This document shows, one piece after another, positions 20,801 through 28,677 of a stretch of DNA of 64,000 bases (position 1 is its first letter; the number at the start of each line of letters is the position of its first letter). The translations under genes were made by a program, and so were the position numbers. This DNA comes from Ignavibacteriota bacterium. Its GTDB lineage: Bacteria; Bacteroidota; Ignavibacteria; UBA10030; CAVZMI01. Location of the stretch: NCBI GenBank assembly GCA_963776275.1, contig CAVZMI010000023.1:64001-128000 (forward strand). The letters are read 5' to 3'. Under the pieces are notes generated by a model. The model saw nothing but the letters and a program-made list of their open reading frames with translations, searched no databases and was not told the origin of the DNA.

Positions 20801-22491
20801 TTGAGCTCCACGGAACAGACCTGGTCTATCCTGATATATTGAAGGATGATCTGCGTATCATTCGTCGTCAGGATGGTAATGCATTAATCAACGGGTGGTT
20901 CATGCAGGGTGATTCAACCGTTTATACAGAAAACTACGTATATCGTCCAGATCCTGACCATTATCCGACAGATAGCGTTGTGGCGGTCCGCAGTTCGTCC
21001 ACCTCTGGTGGAATAGTATATGCGGGTACGCGCTTCGCGGTTGGAATACCGGCACGAAATCCGGAGTTCCTGTCAGTGATGCGGGATACGACTATCGCGC
21101 AGATTGATAGTGTTGCCTGGACGTACTCGGCGAAGTCAAATAATATCGGTGGGAGTATTACATCTTACACGCTCGTCAATCCACCGACGGGTGCGGCGAT
21201 TAATAGTTCAACAGGCAAGATGGTTTACAAGCCGGGTTATTCGACGGTTCCGGGTATCTACCAAATAGTAGTATCGGCCAATGATAGTTCAATGTCGAAA
21301 CTCGATACCGCAAATGTAGCGGTAACGAAGTCGAACCGTGCGCCATCGTTCACGGCCACGGGGGCAGCGATATGGACGATAGATTCAGTGGTCGAGAGAG
21401 TTCCACAAGCCTTAACATACATTGCATTGGACGCCGATCCGGGTGATGTCGTAGCATACTCGATAGACACGACGTTTGGTGCACATATTAACGCAACAAC
21501 GGGTGCGATGACCTGGACGCCGACTTTTGCACAGGCCGGACATAGCTATATTCTGAAGGTGAAAGCTACCGATGGTACAGCAACAGACTCCACATCGCAT
21601 AGTGTATTTGTGAAGCACAGCAGAAGGAAGGGAGATACGAACGGATCAGGGAGTATTTCAACGACGGATGCAACGGCAATATTACAGTCTATTGTTGGAA
21701 TAGATCCAGGAATGACCACTCTATTGGATCCGGCTGCAGCGTGGGCTGCGGATGTATCTCTGAACAGTTCGGTATCGGCGCTTGATGCTTCCTATATTCT
21801 GCAATATCTAGTAGGCAAACGTGGTTTACCGAACCTACCGAAACCGATCGTGGCAAGCGGTACACTGAGCTGGGGTAATCTGGTATCCGGCGAAGTAGCA
21901 GGAACGATAACGCTGCCATTAAAGGTTAGGAATGCTTCGAATATTTATTCAGTAGAATTCAAGGCAAACATTGGTTCATTGAAGGTTGATGATCTGAAGG
22001 CGAATTTGCCGAAGGATTGGCTAATCATCTATAAGGCGACCGAAGGGAAGTTAGCGGTTGCAGCAGCTGGTGTAACGCCGATCTCGGATGGTAACATTGC
22101 TACAATATGCTTCAAGGTCGATAAGGATCAGAAGCCGGAGAAGGTGGATGTTGATGTTCTTATGAACGAGAGCACCAATCAGACGCTTTCAGTCCAGGTA
22201 GCACCGTTGCCAACGGAGTTTGCCTTAGAGAACAACTATCCGAACCCGTTCAACCCGACGACAACGATCAAGTATCAGTTGCCGGAAGATGTCCGTGTTA
22301 GCGTGACAATCTACAATATTCAAGGTCAGGTTGTCCGGACACTGGTGAACGAAGATCAGAAAGCTGGATATTACACGATTCAGTGGGATGGTCGGAGTGA
22401 AGCTGGAACAACGGTTGCGACGGGAATCTACATCTACCGAATCAACGCTGGTTCGTTTGTAACAGCGAAGAAGATGGTGATGATGAAATAA
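14878..22491 (+). CDS. Giant secreted protein paralog (2537 aa), same domain architecture as 4790-12274
   Basis: Same signal peptide, dockerin, cohesin-like domain and CTD; divergent internal blocks. Confidence 0.88.
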   Translation: MNSKKLLKIGVLLVAMLMLVAGTSFANTYYVNVQTGLDTKDGLTPGNAKHSISNAIAAAAPGDTISVDWANGNQYLEEVYVDKVLYFTSTNGTPSVTNWRVKIVAASGSGITGNRCTFLGPYFFTGSLEIENGEIYGGGNLLVETQLIRYGVNTSTPTPNYSTVVHGQILFLPYVDFIDSTNGYNMTTGYELPQTAVNAMRNFYTRGSGTVTLNESKIMNAQLITEGVLALGGNTLTINGNYAHTIGGNVTGGSAGGKMIFAMSGGGATVIGNYVMPNIVASGSGSNTLTLNTNAGGIYSILATGGASVNVPSYVGTGSGSGDVINKIGAVTDSSKDGNITLNAARYITSLSNTNTGYILLATAAAIDVSGNVSNSGNGGYISFGNVGCTVNVHGAVTNSNAGYISFAATNDAVTTNQVGDVTQSSSGFIEFDGGATAKSLTNNISSLALGANTRVGANYVGVIRFTRATATITINGNVSNIVTYTGTATYNNAGNTTNWTHTGEISFAATGAALTITGYIDVFATGNYGAVNGGTGSTNAIVSNNGSVIIASVGGNVAINGGIRDRTNWPDVSSHVTSLGNGMVDMSTRTTGHLGESGTRIGAISNTSTTGTTDLVHGNILLGGTPDGVPFYGSSMISTGSHGGQILLGNQTVDMSQSVVNQRTITANHIQFGSAATPGIAVSISGNIQNTDKSTITFPSFQGNGGENFLAGGLISSGASGNILVAGPCTDANGQFRLGSITLSNGTITLGDSASGPTMNVIVSTLYGTGNVSFTGGTFKMGTTVAPCGRLLVLDGYAHKFSSATTRTDFTSERNCQLLVQRVSSFVAAQTLTGDLTETVWPGTLYINNLTGVPDSDAVKFDGGNFRILDSVNFMNGKVSINNMHIFIGGQIPGPTGVGNFINTSSYHTIADGFITMNGNNEVAPGQTVAGVGSFGNFEVDVDSIVTVEPSTGPFTAIFGLTKGRVYGGTDVVFDTLKFTGTWPTIRRNAGTFDSAPSFITMVNVIYIGVDKTSSLELPTAENKLNNLTVATTNGLQTGGAGKGTVQVTVPTYVNGKIIVNPGQALCLFGASLYMRGDSIILNGDITSHMLFDMLILDRPTGTIIKGAGVLPAVQVDTGSVGNMIDGAKGITQFLLGADGWRGGAADNLPGSTGALFIGYVGGTDTAQITVKFGPPDSTTKAHIGYFNGTYGLIVLPHGNLTLAADMIVKGIYQYGTIDVKTYTLTDRFRFSYFSATSVTTGTGVLRFEPEGLVGPPPSVKAPSQEKIAAHKEYAKFITADIATREIPQSAVKSMQSWISKKSPKSPSTSGKALFYESILVGDGGPVTINTNVQVASVPDGTPGLLVQEGIFDHITKVASVPGAIPDPAIPLEGAGNFTITKNLQLDSITTWLISYDFVLTVTGSSVRMAPTTAFLTGGDLLIDSKKPVPTTADALLDDGMLRLNPTVPPLTFACYGDPEIRNLWVSNDVILAGEGLYINNFLHDGGVLDYSADDFSVLDTYIRRDNASYKTVNTWFIFKGITFDQDTTDMTLVNLSFESTGPDSLINRGIVNVSNKLRLASNINYPVDINNTPPVGGATRLAVAALDTVIYIGGRFDVKPTYGGTITLITQLTTSKVIHETVWASNSASLVDTLIIDNVGSGVVSYMPGTRQINNSLELRVGVLSLNGDTLKLLDTLTIRRRQTGSLDLDGGTIPWHWTNVVYEPTAASPDGNISTGPELLSPVNNLTITKYGTPAPGNALITLTRDLVVNGTLRVANNFSMGTHTLELDGHMVVTAPQLTFNGTLIFGGSLPVQTVQLNGTLSPTNVIMQKTAQGLVNVSGGNMDVALMLTFYNGILNITPPSVVIIHKPGGGGQGFDHSGVVYGTCLSHVRGKVRQQVPAGAGNISDGRFEFPVGGLTRTSYRLIAFTFTQNYPVINTTNIEVMNVDTIPEGVKNMPINGGYGIKIRNYPNYFWLVNATPSSFTQTQQFDVELHGTDLVYPDILKDDLRIIRRQDGNALINGWFMQGDSTVYTENYVYRPDPDHYPTDSVVAVRSSSTSGGIVYAGTRFAVGIPARNPEFLSVMRDTTIAQIDSVAWTYSAKSNNIGGSITSYTLVNPPTGAAINSSTGKMVYKPGYSTVPGIYQIVVSANDSSMSKLDTANVAVTKSNRAPSFTATGAAIWTIDSVVERVPQALTYIALDADPGDVVAYSIDTTFGAHINATTGAMTWTPTFAQAGHSYILKVKATDGTATDSTSHSVFVKHSRRKGDTNGSGSISTTDATAILQSIVGIDPGMTTLLDPAAAWAADVSLNSSVSALDASYILQYLVGKRGLPNLPKPIVASGTLSWGNLVSGEVAGTITLPLKVRNASNIYSVEFKANIGSLKVDDLKANLPKDWLIIYKATEGKLAVAAAGVTPISDGNIATICFKVDKDQKPEKVDVDVLMNESTNQTLSVQVAPLPTEFALENNYPNPFNPTTTIKYQLPEDVRVSVTIYNIQGQVVRTLVNEDQKAGYYTIQWDGRSEAGTTVATGIYIYRINAGSFVTAKKMVMMK

Positions 22492-22620
22492 CGCTTTCGC
22501 AATTTATCCGGGAGGGGTGGAGTGTCCCGATGAAAACGGGATGCTCCGCCTTTGACCGGGAGTTGTGAAGAGACATTTAAATGAATTAACAAATTTTACT
22601 CACAAAGAAAAGGGGGCAAG

Positions 22621-23820
22621 ATGCGCAAAGTTACATTTCCTTTCCTGAAGACCCTAGTAATAGTCTTTGGGGTGCTTTTGCTTGCCACCAATGTTGCCTT
22701 GGCACAGGTACCGGTAAGCCTGCCGAATATAGCATCGAGAGTAGGAATAACCAGACCCATCGACGTGACAGTAGGAACAATATCCAGAGCGATGGCTGTG
22801 ATATCGTATCAGTTCGATCTATTATACGATTCTACAACTATCCTTGTCACTAACTACACCTTGGAGGGAACGATATCAGCGGGAGTAAAAGCGCCCGTGG
22901 TAGTGATATCGACTCCAGGGATCGTAAGGGTAGCGGTAGCCAGTGATTCGGCGATTTTTGGGTCTGGAACGCTGATTAGATTCTATGCGCTGATGAAAAC
23001 ACTGAACGACACGTCATATTTAAACCTGTCAGGGTTTAAATTCAACGAAGGTAGTCCGGCAAGTACGGTAACGAACGGCCGGGTAATTATTCCGTTGTTT
23101 AGTGTGAGCCTGCCTGCGGTAGATAGTGTTAAAGTCAAACAAGACTCGATATTCAACATACCGATTACTACGGATTTTATCACAGGTAGAGGGATACTGT
23201 CATATCAATTTGCCGTATCGTACGATACCAATTTTATTGTGATCACAGGAGTGGACAAGGCAGGAACAATCTCTGCAAATATGAGTATTCTTGTGAACGC
23301 AACTGTAGCCGGACGGATATCGGTTGCAGCGGCATCGGACAGTATACTTTCTGGAGGAGATGGAGCGACATTAATCTATCTTCAGGCAAGGATTAAACCA
23401 AATGCACATGGGACATCGGCGTTGACATTTGTGGATGGTTTCTTCCAGTACAATGAAGGGACCCCGCCAGTTGGTGCAGTTGATGGTAGTATCTATGTTA
23501 AAGATATTACCGCAATCAGGCAGACAGACCCAGTACCGACAAAATACGTGCTCGATCAAAACTATCCGAATCCGTTTAACCCGACGACAATGATAACATT
23601 CGGGTTGCCGAAGGAATCGAACGTGACGCTCGAGGTATACAACATACTCGGGATGAAAGTACGCACGTTGATAGCCGGAGAGCGGATGAATGCAGCGAAG
23701 TACTCGATAGATTGGGATGGTAAGGACAACTCCGGGATGTCAGTCCCGAGTGGAGTGTATCTCTACCGTCTTCATACGGATAAGTTCGACGCGGCAAGGA
23801 AGATGGTATTGGTGAAATAG
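22621..23820 (+). CDS. Secreted double-cohesin CTD protein, copy 2 (protein identical to 12404-13603)
   Basis: Identical translation with a few synonymous SNPs (act/aca, gtg/gta). Confidence 0.85.
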   Translation: MRKVTFPFLKTLVIVFGVLLLATNVALAQVPVSLPNIASRVGITRPIDVTVGTISRAMAVISYQFDLLYDSTTILVTNYTLEGTISAGVKAPVVVISTPGIVRVAVASDSAIFGSGTLIRFYALMKTLNDTSYLNLSGFKFNEGSPASTVTNGRVIIPLFSVSLPAVDSVKVKQDSIFNIPITTDFITGRGILSYQFAVSYDTNFIVITGVDKAGTISANMSILVNATVAGRISVAAASDSILSGGDGATLIYLQARIKPNAHGTSALTFVDGFFQYNEGTPPVGAVDGSIYVKDITAIRQTDPVPTKYVLDQNYPNPFNPTTMITFGLPKESNVTLEVYNILGMKVRTLIAGERMNAAKYSIDWDGKDNSGMSVPSGVYLYRLHTDKFDAARKMVLVK

Positions 23821-23844
23821 CATTGGTCAAGTAGAAATAAGTTC

Positions 23845-23890
23845 AGAGCAGCCCTGTCCCGATATAATCGGGATGGGGCTGTGCTGTTTA
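23845..23890 (+). terminator. Putative intrinsic terminator after cohesin gene 2
   Basis: Same hairpin as 13628-13673 with one loop substitution. Confidence 0.6.
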
Positions 23891-23961
23891 TGTGGGGTAC
23901 GGCAATTTTAGAAATCCATTAAGGTTTAGATTGAGGTTAAGGTTTAGGGAATATAAAATCT

Positions 23962-24050
23962 GTGTATTAGTCTCTTAGAGAAATGCCTGTGTGGTAGGGA
24001 GCGATATCAACCGCGGAGGAAATATTCCGAATTACTGAGAGATTTCTAAG
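23962..24050 (+). pseudogene. Truncated remnant of a four helix bundle gene
   Basis: Translates VY*SLREMPVW*GAISTAEEIFRITERFL vs MYKSFKEMPVWQEAMSIAVDIFHMTESLP of 13777; flanked by hexamer-repeat arms. Confidence 0.75.
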
Positions 24051-24212
24051 CATTCTTTCGGCGGGGATGAGAAAAAAACCTTAGTCTCAATATAAGACTT
24101 GATCTAATTCTCGATTTTGACCTCTCATCTCCCATTTATTTGCAAAAAAGGCTCATTTTCCTTAAACTTTTACAGTGATAAGGCCATCCAATAAACAGCC
24201 AGAATCGTGTGA

Positions 24213-24797
24213 ATGACGACCCAGACTGATCAGCAGCTTCTTGATGAATTCTTACGGGGGGATGAACGCAGCTTTAATGAGCTCGTACGTCGATACCAGG
24301 GAAAGGTTTACTGGGTTGCCCGACGAATGGTGATCGATCATGACGAAGCTGATGATATTGTACAGGAAGTATTCATTAAATTATATCAGTCGGTCAAAGA
24401 GTTTCGTGGTGAGTCGTCGCTCTATACATGGTTATATCGTGTGACTGTGAATGCGTCGCTGAATGCTCTTCGCCGAAAGAAGGTACGCGAGTATCTTTCA
24501 TTCGGTGAAGCGAGGGTACAGTTTGAATCGGACACACCGCGCCCGGATGAATTGTACGAAAGGACTGAGCAGAGCGCTGAACTCGAAAAGGCAATTGCCT
24601 CGTTGCCCGAGAAACAGCGTGCGGTGTTTGTACTTCGTTATTATGAAGAGAAATCATACGAAGAAATATCAAAATTATTGAAGACCTCTGTTGGTGGATT
24701 GAAGGCAAATTATTTTCATGCAGTCAAGAAAATAGGTAAAGCGATCAGGGCGAAGGATTTTAAGAAAACACACGTAGAAGGAAAAAGCTTGCCCTGA
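24213..24797 (+). CDS. ECF RNA polymerase sigma factor
   Basis: Region 2 (EADDIVQEVFIKLY, F..WLYRVTVN) and region 4 (LPEKQRAVFVLRYYEEKSYEEIS). Confidence 0.93.
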   Translation: MTTQTDQQLLDEFLRGDERSFNELVRRYQGKVYWVARRMVIDHDEADDIVQEVFIKLYQSVKEFRGESSLYTWLYRVTVNASLNALRRKKVREYLSFGEARVQFESDTPRPDELYERTEQSAELEKAIASLPEKQRAVFVLRYYEEKSYEEISKLLKTSVGGLKANYFHAVKKIGKAIRAKDFKKTHVEGKSLP

Positions 24798-24893
24798 GCG
24801 AGCGGAGCGAGTCGAAGGGCTTGCCCTGGGCGACACCGAGTGAGTCCCGCGGAGCGGGACGAATCGAAGGGGAGTCGAGGGTGCGTCGAGAGG
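24788..24893. repeat. Cluster of nested REP-like palindromes
   Basis: ccctgagcgagcggagcgagtcgaaggg, then nested gag..tcga units; flanked on both sides by ggaaaaag. Confidence 0.75.
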
Positions 24894-24946
24894 GAAAAAG
24901 GAAAAGGAATAAATAGGCCGGTACCACCGAGATATGGAGCCGTCGA

Positions 24947-25597
24947 ATGAATAAAATCTGCAAGATAATTCTTCTTCAGCTTCCTGATTTTGTTCAAGGG
25001 AAGACAAGCAAGGATGACTCCCGCATCATTCAGGAGCACATTCAAGAGTGCACAGACTGCCGAAAAGAGGCGGAAGATCTTAGGGAGGTTTTTACATCCA
25101 TTCTTCCGGAAGGCGCTTTTTCGGCGCCGTCAGAGGCATATTGGAGCACAATTGTTCCACGTATTCATGAGCAGTTGGAGAGGCGAGGGCGTCGATTTAA
25201 GTTTATGCCATGGTGGATTTATCGGATTGTTCTCCCGCTGGCAACAGTATCTCTGGTTATTGTACTGCTTTTTCGTAATAGCATATTCTCGCCGGCTACT
25301 TCACAGGAAGATATTCGCAAGGCGATACAACAGATGACAGATGAAGAACGGACGGTCGTCTTTCATGAAACTATAGCGACAACAGAGGAAGGCATTGATG
25401 AATATCCGGTAGCCGATTCGCTGTTTGTATTATTTAGAAGTGATATAAGAGATGCTGCAAAATCAGGGATATTCGAGTATACCTTGACCCCGTTTGAACA
25501 TCAATTTGCGCCTGAGGCGCTGCTCGAATCGCTTTCACCGGAAGAAGTCGAGCAGATACTCGAAAAATTACAAACACAACAGAATATTACATCATAA
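24947..25597 (+). CDS. Anti-sigma factor with zf-HC2 motif and one TM helix
   Basis: HIQECTDC (HxxxCxxC) and a TM segment; follows the ECF sigma gene. Confidence 0.8.
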   Translation: MNKICKIILLQLPDFVQGKTSKDDSRIIQEHIQECTDCRKEAEDLREVFTSILPEGAFSAPSEAYWSTIVPRIHEQLERRGRRFKFMPWWIYRIVLPLATVSLVIVLLFRNSIFSPATSQEDIRKAIQQMTDEERTVVFHETIATTEEGIDEYPVADSLFVLFRSDIRDAAKSGIFEYTLTPFEHQFAPEALLESLSPEEVEQILEKLQTQQNITS

Positions 25598-25607
25598 GAG
25601 GTCCCCA

Positions 25608-26102
25608 ATGAAACAAATGTACAGTGTGATTATTTTTTTGTGTTTTACCTCGGCAGTTGGTTTTTCCGTAGGATATGCACAATATGGTGAAGATCATCCG
25701 TCCGGTCCTAGAGGGCGGGAGAGGGTTGAACAGCTTCGGAAAATGAAGCTTATCGAGACACTCGGTCTCGACGAGGATAAGTCTGTCCGGTTTATATCCC
25801 GCTTTTCCAAACATCAGGAGCAGATGCGTTCGCTTTTTAACGAGCGGAGTACAACTGTCGATAATCTCGAACAGGCAATAAAGGATTCTCGTGAGAGCGA
25901 GTATTCCAGACTCATCGAAATAGTATTCGCGGTCGATCGAAAAATCATTGACGAGAGAGTAAAATTCATTAAGAGCCTGGATGATCTTCTTACAAAAGAG
26001 CAGCAGGCAAAATTTCTAGTTTTTGATCGCAATTTTAATCGCGACCTCCGCGATATGATTTTCGATGCCAGGCGTGGACCACCACAAGGACGGGAACATT
26101 AA
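25608..26102 (+). CDS. Periplasmic helical protein, Spy/CpxP-like (third gene of ECF operon)
   Basis: Start reassigned to MKQMYSV after RBS gagg; signal peptide; LGLDEDK..F and LLTKEQQAKFL motifs. Confidence 0.7.
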   Translation: MKQMYSVIIFLCFTSAVGFSVGYAQYGEDHPSGPRGRERVEQLRKMKLIETLGLDEDKSVRFISRFSKHQEQMRSLFNERSTTVDNLEQAIKDSRESEYSRLIEIVFAVDRKIIDERVKFIKSLDDLLTKEQQAKFLVFDRNFNRDLRDMIFDARRGPPQGREH

Positions 26103-26194
26103 AGCATCTCACAAGTTGAAGTCCTGTGAACAGAATCACGTTATATTCCAATAATCAGAGAGCCAATACCGTAAGGCCTGAAATCTTGGTAATA

Positions 26195-27116
26195 TTAAGT
26201 AAAGGCATTCATTGCAATTCCGTATCGCAGACCACGGTCGCTTGCGATGATGTTGGCACCATGGACACAGTGCATGAATTCCTTCAGGATAAGTACTCCG
26301 GCAAGGATGATATCAGCTCTCCCGGGTACTATTTGCGGGATGGCTTCTATTTGTTCGACGGTGAGCGGTAGTAACTGTTCATATATTGATTCGATTATCT
26401 CCAGAGATAATTTGTATCCGCTGACTTTTTCGCGGTCGTAAGCAGGCAATTGTTGATGAAGTGCTGCAAGGGTAGTGACTGTCCCCGCTACACCAACGAG
26501 AATGGTATCATCGAGCGATCCAAATTGGGCGCTTGAAAGAGTGGCCCGGATATAAGAGGCCGCCTCATCAAGTTGTGAATAGGTTGGAGGAGAAGATAGT
26601 AAAAATCGTTCTGTAAGGCGGACTGAACCGATATCGAGACTAATATGGTTCAGGATTTTTTGATTTGTCCCCAGAACAATCTCTGTGCTTCCGCCGCCAA
26701 TGTCAATCACCCCGAATGTGTCGTGCGTTGATGGATACTCTAAAACAGCACCCTGGAAGGTAAGGCGCGCTTCCTCTTCTCCCGAAAGGACTCGGATAGC
26801 AAGGTCAATTTCTTTCTTCATAAAAGCGAGAAATTCATCCCGATTTACCGCATCCCGCAATGCACTTGTTCCGCAGGCAATCATCGTATCGACTGCATAT
26901 CCTTTGGCAATGCATTGATATTCACGCAGATACTCTTTTATCCTTTCGAAGGCTGCCGGAAGAATTCTTCGATGTTCATCGACTCCTTTGCCGAGACGGG
27001 CAATGACAAGCTCATCTTTCAGGACAGTGAATCGATACCGATCGGAGTCCCGTTCGAACGTCGGCGATTAGCATAAGGATTGTATTCGTTCCGATATCGA
27101 TCGATGCAATTCTCAT
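26195..27116 (-). pseudogene. ppx: Ppx/GppA exopolyphosphatase family protein; +1 frameshift near 27058 (likely sequencing error)
   Basis: N-terminus MRIASIDIGTNTILMLIAD at 27116; other frame ..IARLGKGVD..TSALRDA, IDIGGGSTE, GRADIILAG, SDRGLRYG. Confidence 0.85.
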
Positions 27117-27973
27117 AACGGTCTCTTCAATGCAGTAATTCCGATCCATTCTGCTTCACAGAGAATTTCCTCGACAGTACATCCGGACGACGCAAGAATG
27201 TTGCATATTCTTTTTTCATCCGAATCCGTTATGCCCGAAATCAGAAGGTGTCCACCAGAGGCGGTATGCTCCAGTAATTCTTCAATCATCTCGACAACGA
27301 TTTTATAATTGATATTGGCAAGGACGAGATTAAAGTCGTTTTCCTGGACACTTCCGATCGAACCGGAACGAATGATGACGCGGGAAGTGACGTTGTTCAG
27401 AGCCACATTTTCCAGTGCGTTATCATATGACCATTCGTCATTATCAACGCCGATAGCCAATGAGGCGCCGAGTCGTACTGAAGCAATTGCGAGAACACCG
27501 GTGCCTGTTCCGATATCCAGTACTCGATCACCAGGATGGATGACGTTTTCGAGCATTCTGAGCATCAATCGGGTTGTTTCATGATAGCCGGTGCCGAACG
27601 ACATTTTTGGGTTGATTGTCAATACGATGAGCCCCGTCTGCGGGATCACGGGCGACCAGCTTGGCCGGATAATGATGTGGTCGGTTGCTTGAATCGGTTC
27701 GATGGTTTTTTCCCATTCTTCATTCCAATTCTGGTCTTCGACGGAGGTAATCTGCACACCAGATATAACTTTTCCTTCAGCCCTAAGTTTTTCCTGATAG
27801 AGTGAAAATCGTTTTGAGACTTCGTCGTTCCAGAGTTGTTCCGGGATATAGGCCGTGATATCATTCTCTCCTTCCATAAATCCATTCGCACCAGATTCCC
27901 ATAAAAATGGGATCAACAATTCCTGAACATCAGTCGGGCATGTAATAGTGACCGCAATCCACGTTCTTGCCAT
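27113..27973 (-). CDS. prmA: Ribosomal protein L11 methyltransferase
   Basis: DQNWNEEW, INPKMSFGTGYHETT, VLDIGTGTGVLAI, LANIN. Confidence 0.95.
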   Translation of the reverse strand: MARTWIAVTITCPTDVQELLIPFLWESGANGFMEGENDITAYIPEQLWNDEVSKRFSLYQEKLRAEGKVISGVQITSVEDQNWNEEWEKTIEPIQATDHIIIRPSWSPVIPQTGLIVLTINPKMSFGTGYHETTRLMLRMLENVIHPGDRVLDIGTGTGVLAIASVRLGASLAIGVDNDEWSYDNALENVALNNVTSRVIIRSGSIGSVQENDFNLVLANINYKIVVEMIEELLEHTASGGHLLISGITDSDEKRICNILASSGCTVEEILCEAEWIGITALKRPL

Positions 27974-27976
27974 CGG

Positions 27977-28660
27977 TTAGTATTCCTTTCCTGCGGCCGG
28001 CACCGGTGCTTCACGATGTTGAATGATATAGAGAACGAGTTTCTGGTTCATGGCGAGCCATTGGATCTGATCTTGGTAATTCTCCTGCATTTTCCTGTCG
28101 GCTTTATTATAACGCGCATTGATCATATAGATGAATAACAGAAAAAGGATTACCATGATCAGTGATGGGGTAACGCGATCGAACTGTTGTGTTACTGCAA
28201 AGGTACCGAGCGTGACAAATCCTGCTATAGCGAAAAAAAGCGATATACGCCGGATTGTTGTAAGAACATGAAAGACCATTCCGAAAAAGAAAATTCTTTG
28301 ATGAAATGTAGCCGGCATGTAAGAGTTGAGAATAAAAAAGTACAATCGTTGGGCTTCCCGCTCATCGATTGGGGGTGAAACGTTCAGGGTCCGGGAAAGT
28401 TCAAGAATATGCTGACTCGGCTGGTTCTCGCGAAAGGCTTTCCGGCGTTTTGAACCTTCAGTGGCATACAGGAGCAATCCGGCGATGGAGCCGCTGACAA
28501 GAATCAATAGGGTTGATGCACTCGATCCGGTGAAAAAGAAATCGATATTAAAAGCCACGACCCCATAAAGCCATGCGAGAGTGACACAATAAAAACCGGG
28601 CAGGAGAATTCGAAGACCTTCATAAGCTCCGAAACTCGAGAATGAATGATTATGTGTCAT
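27977..28660 (-). CDS. Hypothetical membrane protein (about 4 TM)
   Basis: Long ORF with hydrophobic segments; start reassigned to MTHNHS after RBS aaagg. Confidence 0.7.
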   Translation of the reverse strand: MTHNHSFSSFGAYEGLRILLPGFYCVTLAWLYGVVAFNIDFFFTGSSASTLLILVSGSIAGLLLYATEGSKRRKAFRENQPSQHILELSRTLNVSPPIDEREAQRLYFFILNSYMPATFHQRIFFFGMVFHVLTTIRRISLFFAIAGFVTLGTFAVTQQFDRVTPSLIMVILFLLFIYMINARYNKADRKMQENYQDQIQWLAMNQKLVLYIIQHREAPVPAAGKEY

Positions 28661-28677
28661 CGATCGACCTTTCTCTG

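Larger units (their letters stand above)
14668..23890 (+). repeat. Tandem duplication unit 2
   Basis: Homologous to 4478-13673. Confidence 0.95.

Noticed and set aside
4478-23890. Duplication as a simple assembly repeat artefact
   Set aside because: The copies differ by large divergent blocks, scattered SNPs and distinct flanks. Long-read confirmation is still desirable.
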